Origin: a virus
Taxonomy: Duplodnaviria; Caudoviricetes
Strand: one strand, 5' to 3'
Virus record (IMG/VR): IMGVR_UViG_3300034106_003149
Span: 1-34,919 of that record
Length of the DNA stretch: 34,919 bases
Positions 1 through 8,467 of this stretch are shown piece by piece (the first letter of the stretch is position 1; every line of letters begins with the position of its first letter). The notes beneath the pieces are model-generated. The model ran no database searches. It was not told the origin of the DNA and saw only the letters and a program-made list of their open reading frames with translations. A program made the position numbers and the translations under genes.

Positions 1-164
1 AGTTTGGTTACCCGCATGGATTGAATTTTTGCGGAAGCCTTCTAATTTTTTCCAAAAAATTTTTGAAAAATTTTTTTCGGAAATTTTTTTTTGAAAATAT
101 TTTTCCATTTTTTATTTTTCAAAAAATTTTTCGCGCTCAAAAAACTTTTCAGCATTTTGTAAAC

Positions 165-701
165 TCACAAAGTTTCATAAAGCTCCACAATCGGCTTCAG
201 CGCGAGTTTCACATTCGTCCGCTCATCCACCCGCCATTCGGCCACAGGACGAGAATTAAACAGTTCAACGAGGCCGCGATTGAGCTTCCCTGCATAACTC
301 AACCAGTGGTTCGGCGCGCCCGTGGTTCTCTCGGGATCATGCTCGCTGCGGTTGGCCGAGCCTGGCGGTGGCAGCAACCCACAGAACTGTGCGCCTACCT
401 TAGCAATGTCCTGCGGCCAGAGTTCCAGTTCAAGCTGCTCACGGTTACGAGCAAGGAACACGGCCTTGTCTGCATCGGCAAGCGGGATACCGAGCGAAAC
501 GATCCACTCGCCCTTCGGCCCCCGGACATGTTCCCTGCCCATAAGCAGCATCTGCCCACAGTCGGCCATGGCAAGCACGGCATCCCGTGCGGCGTCCTTT
601 GCTGTGGCAGCGAGATGCTGCGCCAGCGTGTATTGTTCTTTTGCTCTTTGCTCTATCGCTTCAAGCGTGAGCGTTGCTGTTTGTTGTTCTACGATTTCCA
701 T
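165..701 (-). CDS. phage protein, DUF3102-like
   Basis: 178 aa ORF coupled to the upstream gene; the segment 'AMADCGQMLLMGREHVRGPKGEW' resembles DUF3102-type phage proteins. Confidence 0.5.
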   Translation of the reverse strand: MEIVEQQTATLTLEAIEQRAKEQYTLAQHLAATAKDAARDAVLAMADCGQMLLMGREHVRGPKGEWIVSLGIPLADADKAVFLARNREQLELELWPQDIAKVGAQFCGLLPPPGSANRSEHDPERTTGAPNHWLSYAGKLNRGLVELFNSRPVAEWRVDERTNVKLALKPIVELYETL

Positions 702-1116
702 TTGTCAGTTTGTATGTTTCTTTTGCTTCCTCTGATTTGAGGGCCGGTGACGGTGGAAGCCCCGTCTCAGCCAGAAAGTCGCAGGCTATTTTACTGATCG
801 CCTGCTTAGTGCAGCCCAGGTGCCTAGCGGCTTCAAGCATCGACATGCCTGCCGTCAATGGATGGCCCAGCGCATAGGCCACGCCCCAGAGCGTTTTGCT
901 GCGGCTATAACCGTGGTCGCTAAAAAAGGTGATGAAGCGATTGAGCGTCCCCATCAGCCGCTCGCTTGCTTGGCGGTATGCCGACAGGGGGGCTTCGGTA
1001 GGGAACAACCGCACACCTTGCAACGCATCAGCTTCACCATCACACACCGCCGCAAAATCAATTTCGTATGACGCTTCGTCGTAATCACTCGCGTCTCGGG
1101 GTTCGTGGCGGCTCAT
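661..1116 (-). CDS. HTH DNA-binding protein
   Basis: 151 aa; helix-turn-helix-like 'SMLEAARHLGCTKQAISKIA'; ATGA overlap with the upstream ORF. Confidence 0.6.
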   Translation of the reverse strand: MSRHEPRDASDYDEASYEIDFAAVCDGEADALQGVRLFPTEAPLSAYRQASERLMGTLNRFITFFSDHGYSRSKTLWGVAYALGHPLTAGMSMLEAARHLGCTKQAISKIACDFLAETGLPPSPALKSEEAKETYKLTNGNRRTTNSNAHA

Positions 1117-1415
1117 GTTTGTTGAAAGTTCTTATCGGTTTTTTCAACCTGTGTCAAGTGCCACATGCTGCAATGTTCGCACAAGTGGGCACGCAGGCTT
1201 TCTTTGTTTACGCGCTTGCGCCGGGCTTGCCAAGCATAAAATGCCGTGGGGTATTTTTTGTGCAGGGTGTGGCGGCACAGGCCGGTAAGCACCGGCACTT
1301 CCCTGCTCGTGAACTTGTGGCCGTTTGCACACACCCTGCGCCGGCGGGTGGAGCCGTCAAGTTGTTCTCGCGAGTCGCAAACTATGGTTTGGGTTTTGCA
1401 GGCTGGGCAGTTCAT
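1113..1415 (-). CDS. zinc-ribbon protein (NrdR N-terminal-like) with a second Cys/His motif
   Basis: Start re-called at ATG 1415: MNCPACKTQTIVCDSR...TRRRRVCANGHKFTSRE matches the NrdR-type Zn ribbon; C-terminal CEHCSMWHLT. Confidence 0.7.
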   Translation of the reverse strand: MNCPACKTQTIVCDSREQLDGSTRRRRVCANGHKFTSREVPVLTGLCRHTLHKKYPTAFYAWQARRKRVNKESLRAHLCEHCSMWHLTQVEKTDKNFQQT

Positions 1416-1422
1416 TTGGGAA

Positions 1423-2712
1423 TTATTGTTTCTCAATGTGGCGTTCTTCAAACCGGCTGATGTCGCCGCGCATGTAGAGCGAAACGATCTTGTCCCGCTC
1501 ACCCGAGCGGTTCTTTTCAATACGAAGGATTGGGCCGTCTTCGTTTGGCACGATCAGCCACACATGATCGGCATGGTGGCCGATGGCGCGGCTTTCGCGC
1601 AAGCGCCCGTCTTCGTTGAGTTGCGAAGCCGTGGCAACGGCAATGTTAAGCGTAAGGGCAAGCGCCTTGAGTCGCCGGGTGATTTCAGAAACATGCTGCT
1701 CGCGCGTTTCGTTCTTTGCCAAGTCGCGAAGGTGAACAAGCTGGATGTAGTCGAGAACGAGAAAGTCGAGTTTGTCTTTTGAGCGTAGCTCACGCGCGCA
1801 CCCTTCGATGGATTCCCAATCGCCATAGCCGCCTTCGATCTGAAGCGGAAACTGGCTTAACTGCGTGATGCCTGCCGTCACCCTTTCGAGTTCTGAATGA
1901 TTCATGCCTTCATGCATGGCGCGCACCCTGGTGCCGATCAAATTCCCAACCATGCGCCTTGCAACATCCTTCGCTGGCATCTCAAGGGAAAACACGGCGG
2001 TGTTCTTGCCCTTCTGTGCCGCATCGAGTGCCATCTGGAGCAAAAGGATCGATTTGCCACCAGAAGTCTCTGCGGCAACAACGGCAAGCTCTCCACGCTT
2101 GACGCCACCCGTGGTTAATCGATCCAGCGTGGGAATGCGTGCCGGGAAGGCTTCTGTCGGCTCTGCGCGCTCGATGTCAGAGATCACCTCTTCAAGCACG
2201 TTTGCAAGTGTGGCCCTGTTGCGATCAATCGATGTGCTAACCTTTGCAAGCGCGTCTGCCGCGTCAGGGATACTGCCGCGCTGTTGAGCGAATTCCCTGC
2301 TGGCATCCTGCGCAAGTGTGCAGGCTTTGCGGTATCGGGCCACTTCGGCAAGAATCTCGCGGTGGTAGGCAGCAATCCCGGCATCGGCCTTCGGGTATAG
2401 CGTCCAATACTCCATCAGCCCGTGGTGGCCACCCATAGAATCAAGCAAGCTGCGTTCTGTCAGATCGGCTTCGATGGCGAAATAATCGCTCACAGCGCCC
2501 TTTTCCCTGCACCTTTTGGCGCAAGCGAGAAGTTCCTTGTGCTGCGGGTAAAAAAACAAGTCTTCGGGCCAACTCATCGCATCAAGAATTCGCAGGTCTT
2601 GGATGATGCAGGAGATGGCGGCTCGCTCGCTTGGTTCGTTCACGGGCAACGCTGGGCGCATTGGCAGAATGTTCTCTTCGTCTTTGTTGGCCTTTGGCGT
2701 GTAGGTTGGCAT
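1423..2712 (-). CDS. dnaB: replicative DNA helicase, DnaB-like
   Basis: Walker A AAETSGGKS, FSLEM, LDYIQL, SQLN, LRESRAI, IEKNRSG; N-terminal DnaB-like domain. Confidence 0.92.
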   Translation of the reverse strand: MPTYTPKANKDEENILPMRPALPVNEPSERAAISCIIQDLRILDAMSWPEDLFFYPQHKELLACAKRCREKGAVSDYFAIEADLTERSLLDSMGGHHGLMEYWTLYPKADAGIAAYHREILAEVARYRKACTLAQDASREFAQQRGSIPDAADALAKVSTSIDRNRATLANVLEEVISDIERAEPTEAFPARIPTLDRLTTGGVKRGELAVVAAETSGGKSILLLQMALDAAQKGKNTAVFSLEMPAKDVARRMVGNLIGTRVRAMHEGMNHSELERVTAGITQLSQFPLQIEGGYGDWESIEGCARELRSKDKLDFLVLDYIQLVHLRDLAKNETREQHVSEITRRLKALALTLNIAVATASQLNEDGRLRESRAIGHHADHVWLIVPNEDGPILRIEKNRSGERDKIVSLYMRGDISRFEERHIEKQ

Positions 2713-2715
2713 GGG

Positions 2716-3171
2716 TTAAAGGCAGCGTTTGGGGGCAGGCGCAGCCGCCCCTATATTCTTATCTATTCTGGTAACGCTTTTGTAACGCTCAGATCGTTTC
2801 ATTTCTGTTACATCAGCGTTACTTCGATGCTTGTTGACTCTGCGGCTCACAAGCGCCCTGTCTTTAGCGGTTTGGCTGCAATGGCGATCAAAGTTTACAA
2901 AGGTGATTTTTGCATCTTTGACGCGCAACCATCCTGCTTCCACCATGCTTTCAGCGAAACCTTGATGCCCCGCCAATTGATTCAAATGCGAGAGTGCTGC
3001 AATTGTTGTAACGCCGTCAGCGTTACAATTGCGTGACGCCCATCCCCAGACTTTGATGAGCGCGCCGACAACGGCATTCGTGTCGAGATTCGTCAAGCTC
3101 GCGATCTGTAACACTTCCGGCTTTTCGGGAAGGTGGAGTTCGACTTTAATCCATTCAGCGGCCATAATCAT
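2716..3171 (-). CDS. phage replication initiator (DnaT/O-like)
   Basis: 'WIKVELHLPEKPEV..IA...VGALIKVWGWA' typical of phage initiators; directly upstream of DnaB; internal GTAACGC/GCGTTAC repeats. Confidence 0.7.
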   Translation of the reverse strand: MIMAAEWIKVELHLPEKPEVLQIASLTNLDTNAVVGALIKVWGWASRNCNADGVTTIAALSHLNQLAGHQGFAESMVEAGWLRVKDAKITFVNFDRHCSQTAKDRALVSRRVNKHRSNADVTEMKRSERYKSVTRIDKNIGAAAPAPKRCL

Positions 3172-3598
3172 CCTCCGCTTTTAATTCAACTTCTATTCCG
3201 CAATCTTTGGCTATCTCAATTAAATTTGGGCGCATGGCCGGGGGAATGTGCTTCATCCACTTCTTCCAGTTATTCCAAAAGACAAGATGGGATTCGGCCC
3301 ACGATCTATTTGCGTTGCACCACCAGCATGAAGGGACAAGATTGTCTGGATCGTTGTTTGTAGTATCGCCATCAAGATGATCGGCATTTATGACATGCAC
3401 AAATGCAGGATTTAGGTTTGTTTTCCATGTTAATGGATAGTGGCACCAGTGGCATGGGGCGTATTGATTCGCGCATAGTTTTTCAAATAAGACTAGCCGA
3501 TGATATGGTATTCTTCCTCGGGTGCAGGCCAGCGGATGATCGTGCATATCTATAACGCGAAGATATTTTCCATGTTTTTCAATTTTTAGATTTTCCAT
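3155..3598 (-). CDS. HNH endonuclease
   Basis: Start re-called at ATG 3598 (MENLKIEK); CHWC...DHLDGDTTNNDPDNLVPSCWWCN HNH motif. Confidence 0.85.
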   Translation of the reverse strand: MENLKIEKHGKYLRVIDMHDHPLACTRGRIPYHRLVLFEKLCANQYAPCHWCHYPLTWKTNLNPAFVHVINADHLDGDTTNNDPDNLVPSCWWCNANRSWAESHLVFWNNWKKWMKHIPPAMRPNLIEIAKDCGIEVELKAEDDYGR

Positions 3599-3605
3599 AA
3601 TAAAG

Positions 3606-3670
3606 AAAAACCCTCCACACCTTCCGGCTGAAAAATTGGCCCATGCAAAGGCTCCGGTCGGTGTGAAGGG
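3606..3670 (-). terminator. branched hairpin with U-rich tail (terminator/attenuator-like)
   Basis: CCCTCCACACC (3611-3621) pairs with GGTGTGAAGGG (3660-3670), with inner CCGG/CCGG; TTTTTCTTT follows on the minus strand. Confidence 0.5.
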
Positions 3671-3723
3671 CAAAATGTTTGTTGCATGTTGTGATGGGCT
3701 TTTTCACGGCCCGTGTGCAATGT

Positions 3724-3918
3724 CTATTGCAATTTGCGCTTCTTGTCAAGATGCCTTCTCAAGCTCTCATCAGCCTCACTCTCAATAAACCTCGTCGCCT
3801 GCGTCACAACCTCAAGCCATTTGCCATCGATCTGAATCTCCCAATCCCACCGATAACAATCGTCCTGATGGTTAGGCCAGCACCGCAGCGGGTATCCGCG
3901 CCAGGTTGAGCTATTCAT
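3724..3918 (-). CDS. hypothetical phage protein
   Basis: 64 aa, ATG start, overlaps its neighbour in the operon. Confidence 0.6.
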   Translation of the reverse strand: MNSSTWRGYPLRCWPNHQDDCYRWDWEIQIDGKWLEVVTQATRFIESEADESLRRHLDKKRKLQ

Positions 3919-4090
3919 CTTGGTTTGCTAAAAAATTGTCCAGTTTGGCGATGTCGGCTCGCAGCATCGCATTCTCTTCCAGCAACTCATTGCGCTGGCG
4001 TTTGAGTTCTGCAATCAACTCGTTCGCCGCCGCTTGATAGCTAGCGAGAGCGTTTTCGAGAAGCTGAACTTTGTTCGTAATCATTGACAT
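3911..4090 (-). CDS. small coiled-coil protein
   Basis: Start re-called at ATG 4090 (MSMITNKVQLLENAL...); heptad pattern. Confidence 0.55.
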   Translation of the reverse strand: MSMITNKVQLLENALASYQAAANELIAELKRQRNELLEENAMLRADIAKLDNFLANQDE

Positions 4091-4283
4091 ATTGTTTGAT
4101 CCTTTCCATATCATGCTCAGCCAGTGCGCGTCCCTCCGGTGTATCGTCGTAAGTGTATTGATGCCTTGGGAATGGTTTCCCATCCCTGTGCAGCCTTGGG
4201 CCTACCGGCGCATCGTCGTTCGCGCATATAGTCAAGCGAATACTAATCTTCAAATGTGTAGAGTGTTTGCGCGTTGTAGCCAT
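4041..4283 (-). CDS. hypothetical phage protein
   Basis: 80 aa ATG ORF within the minus-strand operon. Confidence 0.55.
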   Translation of the reverse strand: MATTRKHSTHLKISIRLTICANDDAPVGPRLHRDGKPFPRHQYTYDDTPEGRALAEHDMERIKQYVNDYEQSSASRKRSR

Positions 4284-4304
4284 GCGCGCCCCGGCCTTTG
4301 TTAT

Positions 4305-4775
4305 TTAGAACGGGATATCGTCCTCGGATTTCTTGCCGGCAGGATTCGCGGCAGCAGGCTTCGGAGCGCCCGATTTCCACGCCTTCAACTCATCGCCAAA
4401 AATCCATCTGGCAATTGTATTGAATCGCTGATCGGGATTTGTGGCTCCCGGCTCCTCACCGATCTCAGCCACGCCGACAGTGCCGATCAGATCAGCCGCC
4501 TCGACATTGACTTCCTCGCCGGGGACAACGGCCTGCCCAATACTGGCAAGGAACTGATCGATTTTCCATGAGGCTTTGGGAGTAAAGACGAGATGATCCC
4601 AGACTTCCGGCCCCTCGACATTATCTTTGAGCAGCACCTTGCAAACGAGCTTGATCATGTCGTTGCCGTTTTGGCTGATCTTCTCGACGGCATTCTTGAT
4701 CTCGACTCGGTAGATTCCCGGCTCCACGAAATAGGTTCCGGCTTTCTTTGGTTCTTCTTGTTTGTAACTTGGCAT
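4305..4775 (-). CDS. single-stranded DNA-binding protein, DUF669-like
   Basis: 'PGIYRVEIKNAVEKISQNGNDMIKL...VWDHLVF' and acidic C-terminal DDIPF tail. Confidence 0.8.
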   Translation of the reverse strand: MPSYKQEEPKKAGTYFVEPGIYRVEIKNAVEKISQNGNDMIKLVCKVLLKDNVEGPEVWDHLVFTPKASWKIDQFLASIGQAVVPGEEVNVEAADLIGTVGVAEIGEEPGATNPDQRFNTIARWIFGDELKAWKSGAPKPAAANPAGKKSEDDIPF

Positions 4776-4777
4776 TT

Positions 4778-5788
4778 TTATTTTTCTTTCTTTTTGACTT
4801 GGCGCATTTGCGTTGTGCCTGGCGCGCTCTTTACCAGTTTCTCGGGGTTGTCGATGCCGACTTCGGCAGCAACCTCTAAAAAAGCATCAGCAGATATTTT
4901 GCCTCCAGCGAGCATGAAGGCCCGCTCGGGTGTGACTTGTGAAATGACTTTGATCGCATCCTCTGGCTCGACATACCGGCGACTTGCCGCATTCGTCAAT
5001 TTCCACCCCGGCATTTCCTCGCCGGATTGCAGTCGTTCCTTGAGTGCATCAGTCAGCGGCTCGCCAAACTCTTTGACGAACCACTTGTAGCGTGCCACGA
5101 AGTCGCTGTGTTTGGCGGCATCAGCAAGAATACGCTCGCGCATAAGATCGAGTGTCTCGCCGCCGAGATCAGCAAAAGAAAGATCGCGAAGGGCCGTCTG
5201 GCTTTGTGTGACAAGTGCCGGACATTGGTTTTTATTCGCGCACCAATCACAATACTCGCACGGCACCGGCTGGGCTGATGGTGCCGTGGCGCTTGCGATC
5301 ACTTCGCCCACAATGCGCTCGCATTGCTCTCTGGTGAACTCGTAGCTGCGCACTGCCTGTTGATCCACATAAACGACATGGGCTGTCCAGCTTTCCTCCC
5401 AATGTGCATTCATGCAGGCGAGAGCATAGGCCGCGAGTTGCTCACGGTAGTTGCGCACTTGCCCTGTCTTGATGTCGGCCACCCACTTCGCGCCGATGCA
5501 CACCGCATCCGCAGTGCCGGGGCGTGATAGCCCCGGCACATCCATCTGCAAGTATTCCTCACGGGTTTCGATATGGTGGCCATTGGCGAGTTCCAGCAGC
5601 TTAACAACGCCCCAATTTACCGGCTCGGCGTATTCCCCAACATCTGGCAATGTGTCGCCGCTGATTGATTGGCGGATCATGCTGTCGATGGCTGTCCCGC
5701 GTTCTGCCGCTTTGCTCGCGCCAGATGCCCCTACGAAGACAGGACAGGATGCGAGCTTGGGAAGCATTGATGGCGATATTTCTTTCAT
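4778..5788 (-). CDS. PD-(D/E)xK Cas4-like exonuclease (DUF2800-like)
   Basis: SPS..CP N-terminus, GTAID, GTADA, DIKTG, QLAAYA and CEYCDWC...CP cysteine cluster; between the ATPase and SSB genes. Confidence 0.8.
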   Translation of the reverse strand: MKEISPSMLPKLASCPVFVGASGASKAAERGTAIDSMIRQSISGDTLPDVGEYAEPVNWGVVKLLELANGHHIETREEYLQMDVPGLSRPGTADAVCIGAKWVADIKTGQVRNYREQLAAYALACMNAHWEESWTAHVVYVDQQAVRSYEFTREQCERIVGEVIASATAPSAQPVPCEYCDWCANKNQCPALVTQSQTALRDLSFADLGGETLDLMRERILADAAKHSDFVARYKWFVKEFGEPLTDALKERLQSGEEMPGWKLTNAASRRYVEPEDAIKVISQVTPERAFMLAGGKISADAFLEVAAEVGIDNPEKLVKSAPGTTQMRQVKKKEK

Positions 5789-6018
5789 TTCTCTGATATT
5801 TTCCCTGCCGCTTTTATTAAGTCTGCCATCACGGCACGCTTTGCTCGCTCATACATGACGGCCTCGACATAGGCTTTTTCTGTCTCTTCCCACTTCCCCT
5901 CGTATGTATTAACGACTTCGCACTTTTCCTTTAATAGCCTCCATGCCTGTTCTCGCTTTTCCTTTAGGGCGGCTATTGCAGAATCGTTGAATGTCGTAGT
6001 TTCTTTGCTGCGTTTCAT
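5785..6018 (-). CDS. hypothetical helical protein
   Basis: MKRSKETTTF... start overlaps the ATPase stop (ATGA). Confidence 0.55.
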   Translation of the reverse strand: MKRSKETTTFNDSAIAALKEKREQAWRLLKEKCEVVNTYEGKWEETEKAYVEAVMYERAKRAVMADLIKAAGKISEK

Positions 6019-6950
6019 TTCTGTGCCTCTTTCCAATCGCTGACGGTTGCAAGGAACGCAGCGGGATCAGCCTTGATGCGGCCCATTGCCTTCTCGCTGA
6101 CATCACGCCAAGTCTGGCCTTCGTTGATCTGAGATTTGGCAATAAGAAACGCATTCACCATGTCTTCGTGATGCTCAAGCTGTGCGCGAAGTTCAGTTGT
6201 CTCCTTGCCGATTATCTTGACGGCAGGCTCTTGCGCCTTCGCCACTGGCTTCGCAAACAAATGCGCCACACTATCCCAAGCCATCGGCAATTCTTCCGCC
6301 AGCCCAGAGCGAGTTTTGGCATCGTAGGCTGCGCTATGGGTTGTTAAGATAATGCGCTCCTTGCCACCGATACCCTTGCTGCGTCCAGATTCGGATTCCA
6401 CGGTCTTCGTCTTGAACTTAAAGAACCAGAGTTCATCGGCCCACTCTTTAACAAGCGGCGAGCATTGCTTGCTCATCTTGAGTTCATAGCGATCGTAGGC
6501 CGCAAGAAGATCGGGCGGCTCGACGCGCTTGACTTGGCTATGCGCGATCAGCACGACATTCTTTCCGGCGTTGATCAGGGATTCCAGCGAGCCAAGCAGG
6601 CGCGCCATCTTCTCTGCCGTCATCACCCAGCCCTTGCCATATCCAAAATCCTCAACGGATTTCTTCTTATGCTCGGCGAGCAACTGATCGACAAGCATGC
6701 GCTCCGTCCAATCAATCGAGTCGATCACGATCGTGTCATAGCTCGCCGTTTGGCATTCGCGAATGGCGGCGTCGAGTTCTGCGGCATCTGATATTTCAGC
6801 GCGATCGGTCTCCAAGTGAGCCGTGCCACCTTCGACATCGAGAAACAAGGGTCTCGGGAATTGTGCGGCGAAGGTGGATTTGCCCACGCTTTCGACGCCG
6901 TAGATTACCACGCGCTGGGCGCGGGTTTGTTTGCCTTTGGTTATTTTCAT
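6015..6950 (-). CDS. AAA_24 / Sak4-like recombination ATPase
   Basis: Start re-called at ATG 6950; YGVESVGKST Walker A, TIVIDSIDW, GYGKG, LIAHS, EWAD, AKTR. Confidence 0.85.
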   Translation of the reverse strand: MKITKGKQTRAQRVVIYGVESVGKSTFAAQFPRPLFLDVEGGTAHLETDRAEISDAAELDAAIRECQTASYDTIVIDSIDWTERMLVDQLLAEHKKKSVEDFGYGKGWVMTAEKMARLLGSLESLINAGKNVVLIAHSQVKRVEPPDLLAAYDRYELKMSKQCSPLVKEWADELWFFKFKTKTVESESGRSKGIGGKERIILTTHSAAYDAKTRSGLAEELPMAWDSVAHLFAKPVAKAQEPAVKIIGKETTELRAQLEHHEDMVNAFLIAKSQINEGQTWRDVSEKAMGRIKADPAAFLATVSDWKEAQK

Positions 6951-6981
6951 TTCTCTTTCTATTTCTATTTTCGTCTTTTTG

Positions 6982-7326
6982 TTATTCCGCATCTATCGCC
7001 GACGAATCGACAAATGCGCTTTCGCGGATCACCCGCAGAAAATCCTTTGCAGGCAGAATAGCCAACCATTCGTGATCGTTGCGGCGGTGAAGCACCACCG
7101 GCAGCTTGTAGCCTGCATCGCGTTGAGCCTGGCTCACCCAATCGTAAGGGTTGCCCTTCTCGCAGCGCTTCACCTCGAAATGCAGGCCACCCAAAGTCTC
7201 GCACACCACATCGGGCGAGTCTGTGCCGCCAGCGAACTGTTGCCCACGGCGAGCCGGGAAGCCCTCCTCAGTTAGGAACGCGGCAGCCTCACGCTCGCCA
7301 CGCTTGCCTTTTTGTTTAGAGTTCAA
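6982..7326 (-). CDS. Holliday junction resolvase (PD-(D/E)xK type)
   Basis: TTG start at 7326; NSKQKGKRGEREAA...RRGQQFAGGTDSPDV...HFEVKR...PVVLHRRN. Confidence 0.8.
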   Translation of the reverse strand: MNSKQKGKRGEREAAAFLTEEGFPARRGQQFAGGTDSPDVVCETLGGLHFEVKRCEKGNPYDWVSQAQRDAGYKLPVVLHRRNDHEWLAILPAKDFLRVIRESAFVDSSAIDAE

Positions 7327-7474
7327 TGACGAGATTCTGGTTGGAGTTACACAGCGGGCATAGACTAAAGTCCGGCTTGCGCGCCGAGCTACTGATGGCA
7401 AGCGCAAACACGGCAGCAAAGGTTGTGAGCATGATGAACGCGATGATCCCCCAATCTTTCGCTGTGGGTGTCAT
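7316..7474 (-). CDS. small membrane protein
   Basis: MTPTAKDWGIIAFIMLTTFAAVFALAI; one TM segment plus CPLC. Confidence 0.5.
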   Translation of the reverse strand: MTPTAKDWGIIAFIMLTTFAAVFALAISSSARKPDFSLCPLCNSNQNLVIEL

Positions 7475-7629
7475 TCTCTCCAGTTCTTTAGGCGTTGCTC
7501 GCGCTCGAACCACCAGCGCCGCATTGTCTCGGCGCGGGATTCGGCGCGCATTGATCCGAGCAGGTAGCCACAGGCAAACATTAGAATGCCGGCGAGCAGA
7601 TAGGTAATGATGAAATCACTCTGGCTCAT
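7471..7629 (-). CDS. small membrane protein (not in ORF track)
   Basis: Hand translation MSQSDFIITYLLAGILMFACGYLLGSMRAESRAETMRRWWFEREQRLKNWRE; ATGA overlaps at both ends. Confidence 0.6.
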   Translation of the reverse strand: MSQSDFIITYLLAGILMFACGYLLGSMRAESRAETMRRWWFEREQRLKNWRE

Positions 7630-7775
7630 TTGGCCCTCCTCTCACAAATGACGTAGTGGGGCCAGATGTCGTGAAGGTTCTGGAAGGCAAGTTCTGCGGC
7701 GAGTTTGCTATCTGCCCAGATATGGTCGCCGAAGATTCCGAAGGCGGATGTCGCTTGGCAATAATAAAGGTTCAT
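7626..7775 (-). CDS. hypothetical early protein
   Basis: ATG at 7775 (MNLYYCQATS...); its stop overlaps the next ATG. Confidence 0.5.
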   Translation of the reverse strand: MNLYYCQATSAFGIFGDHIWADSKLAAELAFQNLHDIWPHYVICERRAK

Positions 7776-7827
7776 GTCTGTGGGTTGGGGTTGGTGGCGC
7801 AGGGATGGAACCTGCGCCTTGGGGTTG

Positions 7828-8028
7828 TTAGATGCTCTGCAGGATTTCTCGGCCTGCGTTAATTGCTGCATCAGCGCATCTGGTTTTGCCCCTCAAGGCG
7901 GGATTGGAAAAGCCCCATGAAATTGTGTTTGCGCCATTGCCGTCTTTATTTTCTTGCGCGGCCCAGATGCAAAATTCTTTGCCGTATTTGGAGATTGCGT
8001 TGGTAGTTTTTTTGCTGAGTGTTTTCAT
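7828..8028 (-). CDS. hypothetical early protein
   Basis: 66 aa; first gene after an intergenic gap; A-rich leader. Confidence 0.55.
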   Translation of the reverse strand: MKTLSKKTTNAISKYGKEFCIWAAQENKDGNGANTISWGFSNPALRGKTRCADAAINAGREILQSI

Positions 8029-8094
8029 TTTTCTATTTCTATTTAGTGTTTCTGTTTCTGGTTATGCTCGCGGTTTCCCGCTTGCTTGAGTTGG

Positions 8095-8122
8095 ATTCTC
8101 TACATTCCCGCCCGGATGTAAA
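8095..8122 (-). promoter_or_regulatory. putative sigma70-like early promoter
   Basis: TTTACA-16 nt-GAGAAT on the minus strand in the 8029-8191 gap; imperfect palindrome TACAT..ATGTA (8101-8120) over the spacer. Confidence 0.35.
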
Positions 8123-8191
8123 CAAAAATCTTCGCCCCCATGAAAATTATTTTCTTGACGATTTCGAGAAGCTCGTGGAGCCGCTCTGGCA

Positions 8192-8467
8192 TTAGAGCTT
8201 CGGGCGAAAGATCGAGATGTTTCGCGCATATCCGCCATAGATCACGCGAATCTTTTTTTGATCCAATTTGCCCGCGGCGTGCATTCGCTCAAGCCGGTGC
8301 AGGGCGGAAGTTCTCGTGATCCCCACCTTCTCGGCAAACGACATAGACCACATCCACCCTTCGGCCTCGTAGTCCTCAAGCCTGTCGATTTTCGCAACCT
8401 CAAATGCCGCATTCCATGCTGCCGTCAAAGCGGCAGAATCCACGGATTTTCTCTTGTTCTTTCGCAT
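8192..8467 (-). CDS. winged-HTH-like protein
   Basis: Start re-called at ATG 8467; 'FAEKVGITRTSALHRLERMHAAGKL'. Confidence 0.55.
   Translation of the reverse strand: MRKNKRKSVDSAALTAAWNAAFEVAKIDRLEDYEAEGWMWSMSFAEKVGITRTSALHRLERMHAAGKLDQKKIRVIYGGYARNISIFRPKL

Noticed and set aside
21-740. 239-aa plus-strand ORF
   Set aside because: Its N-terminus translates the low-complexity A/T tract and the rest is antisense to a better-supported gene
4778-5788. CRISPR-Cas system suggested by the Cas4-like nuclease
   Set aside because: No repeat-spacer array or other cas genes; the context is a Sak4/SSB recombination module
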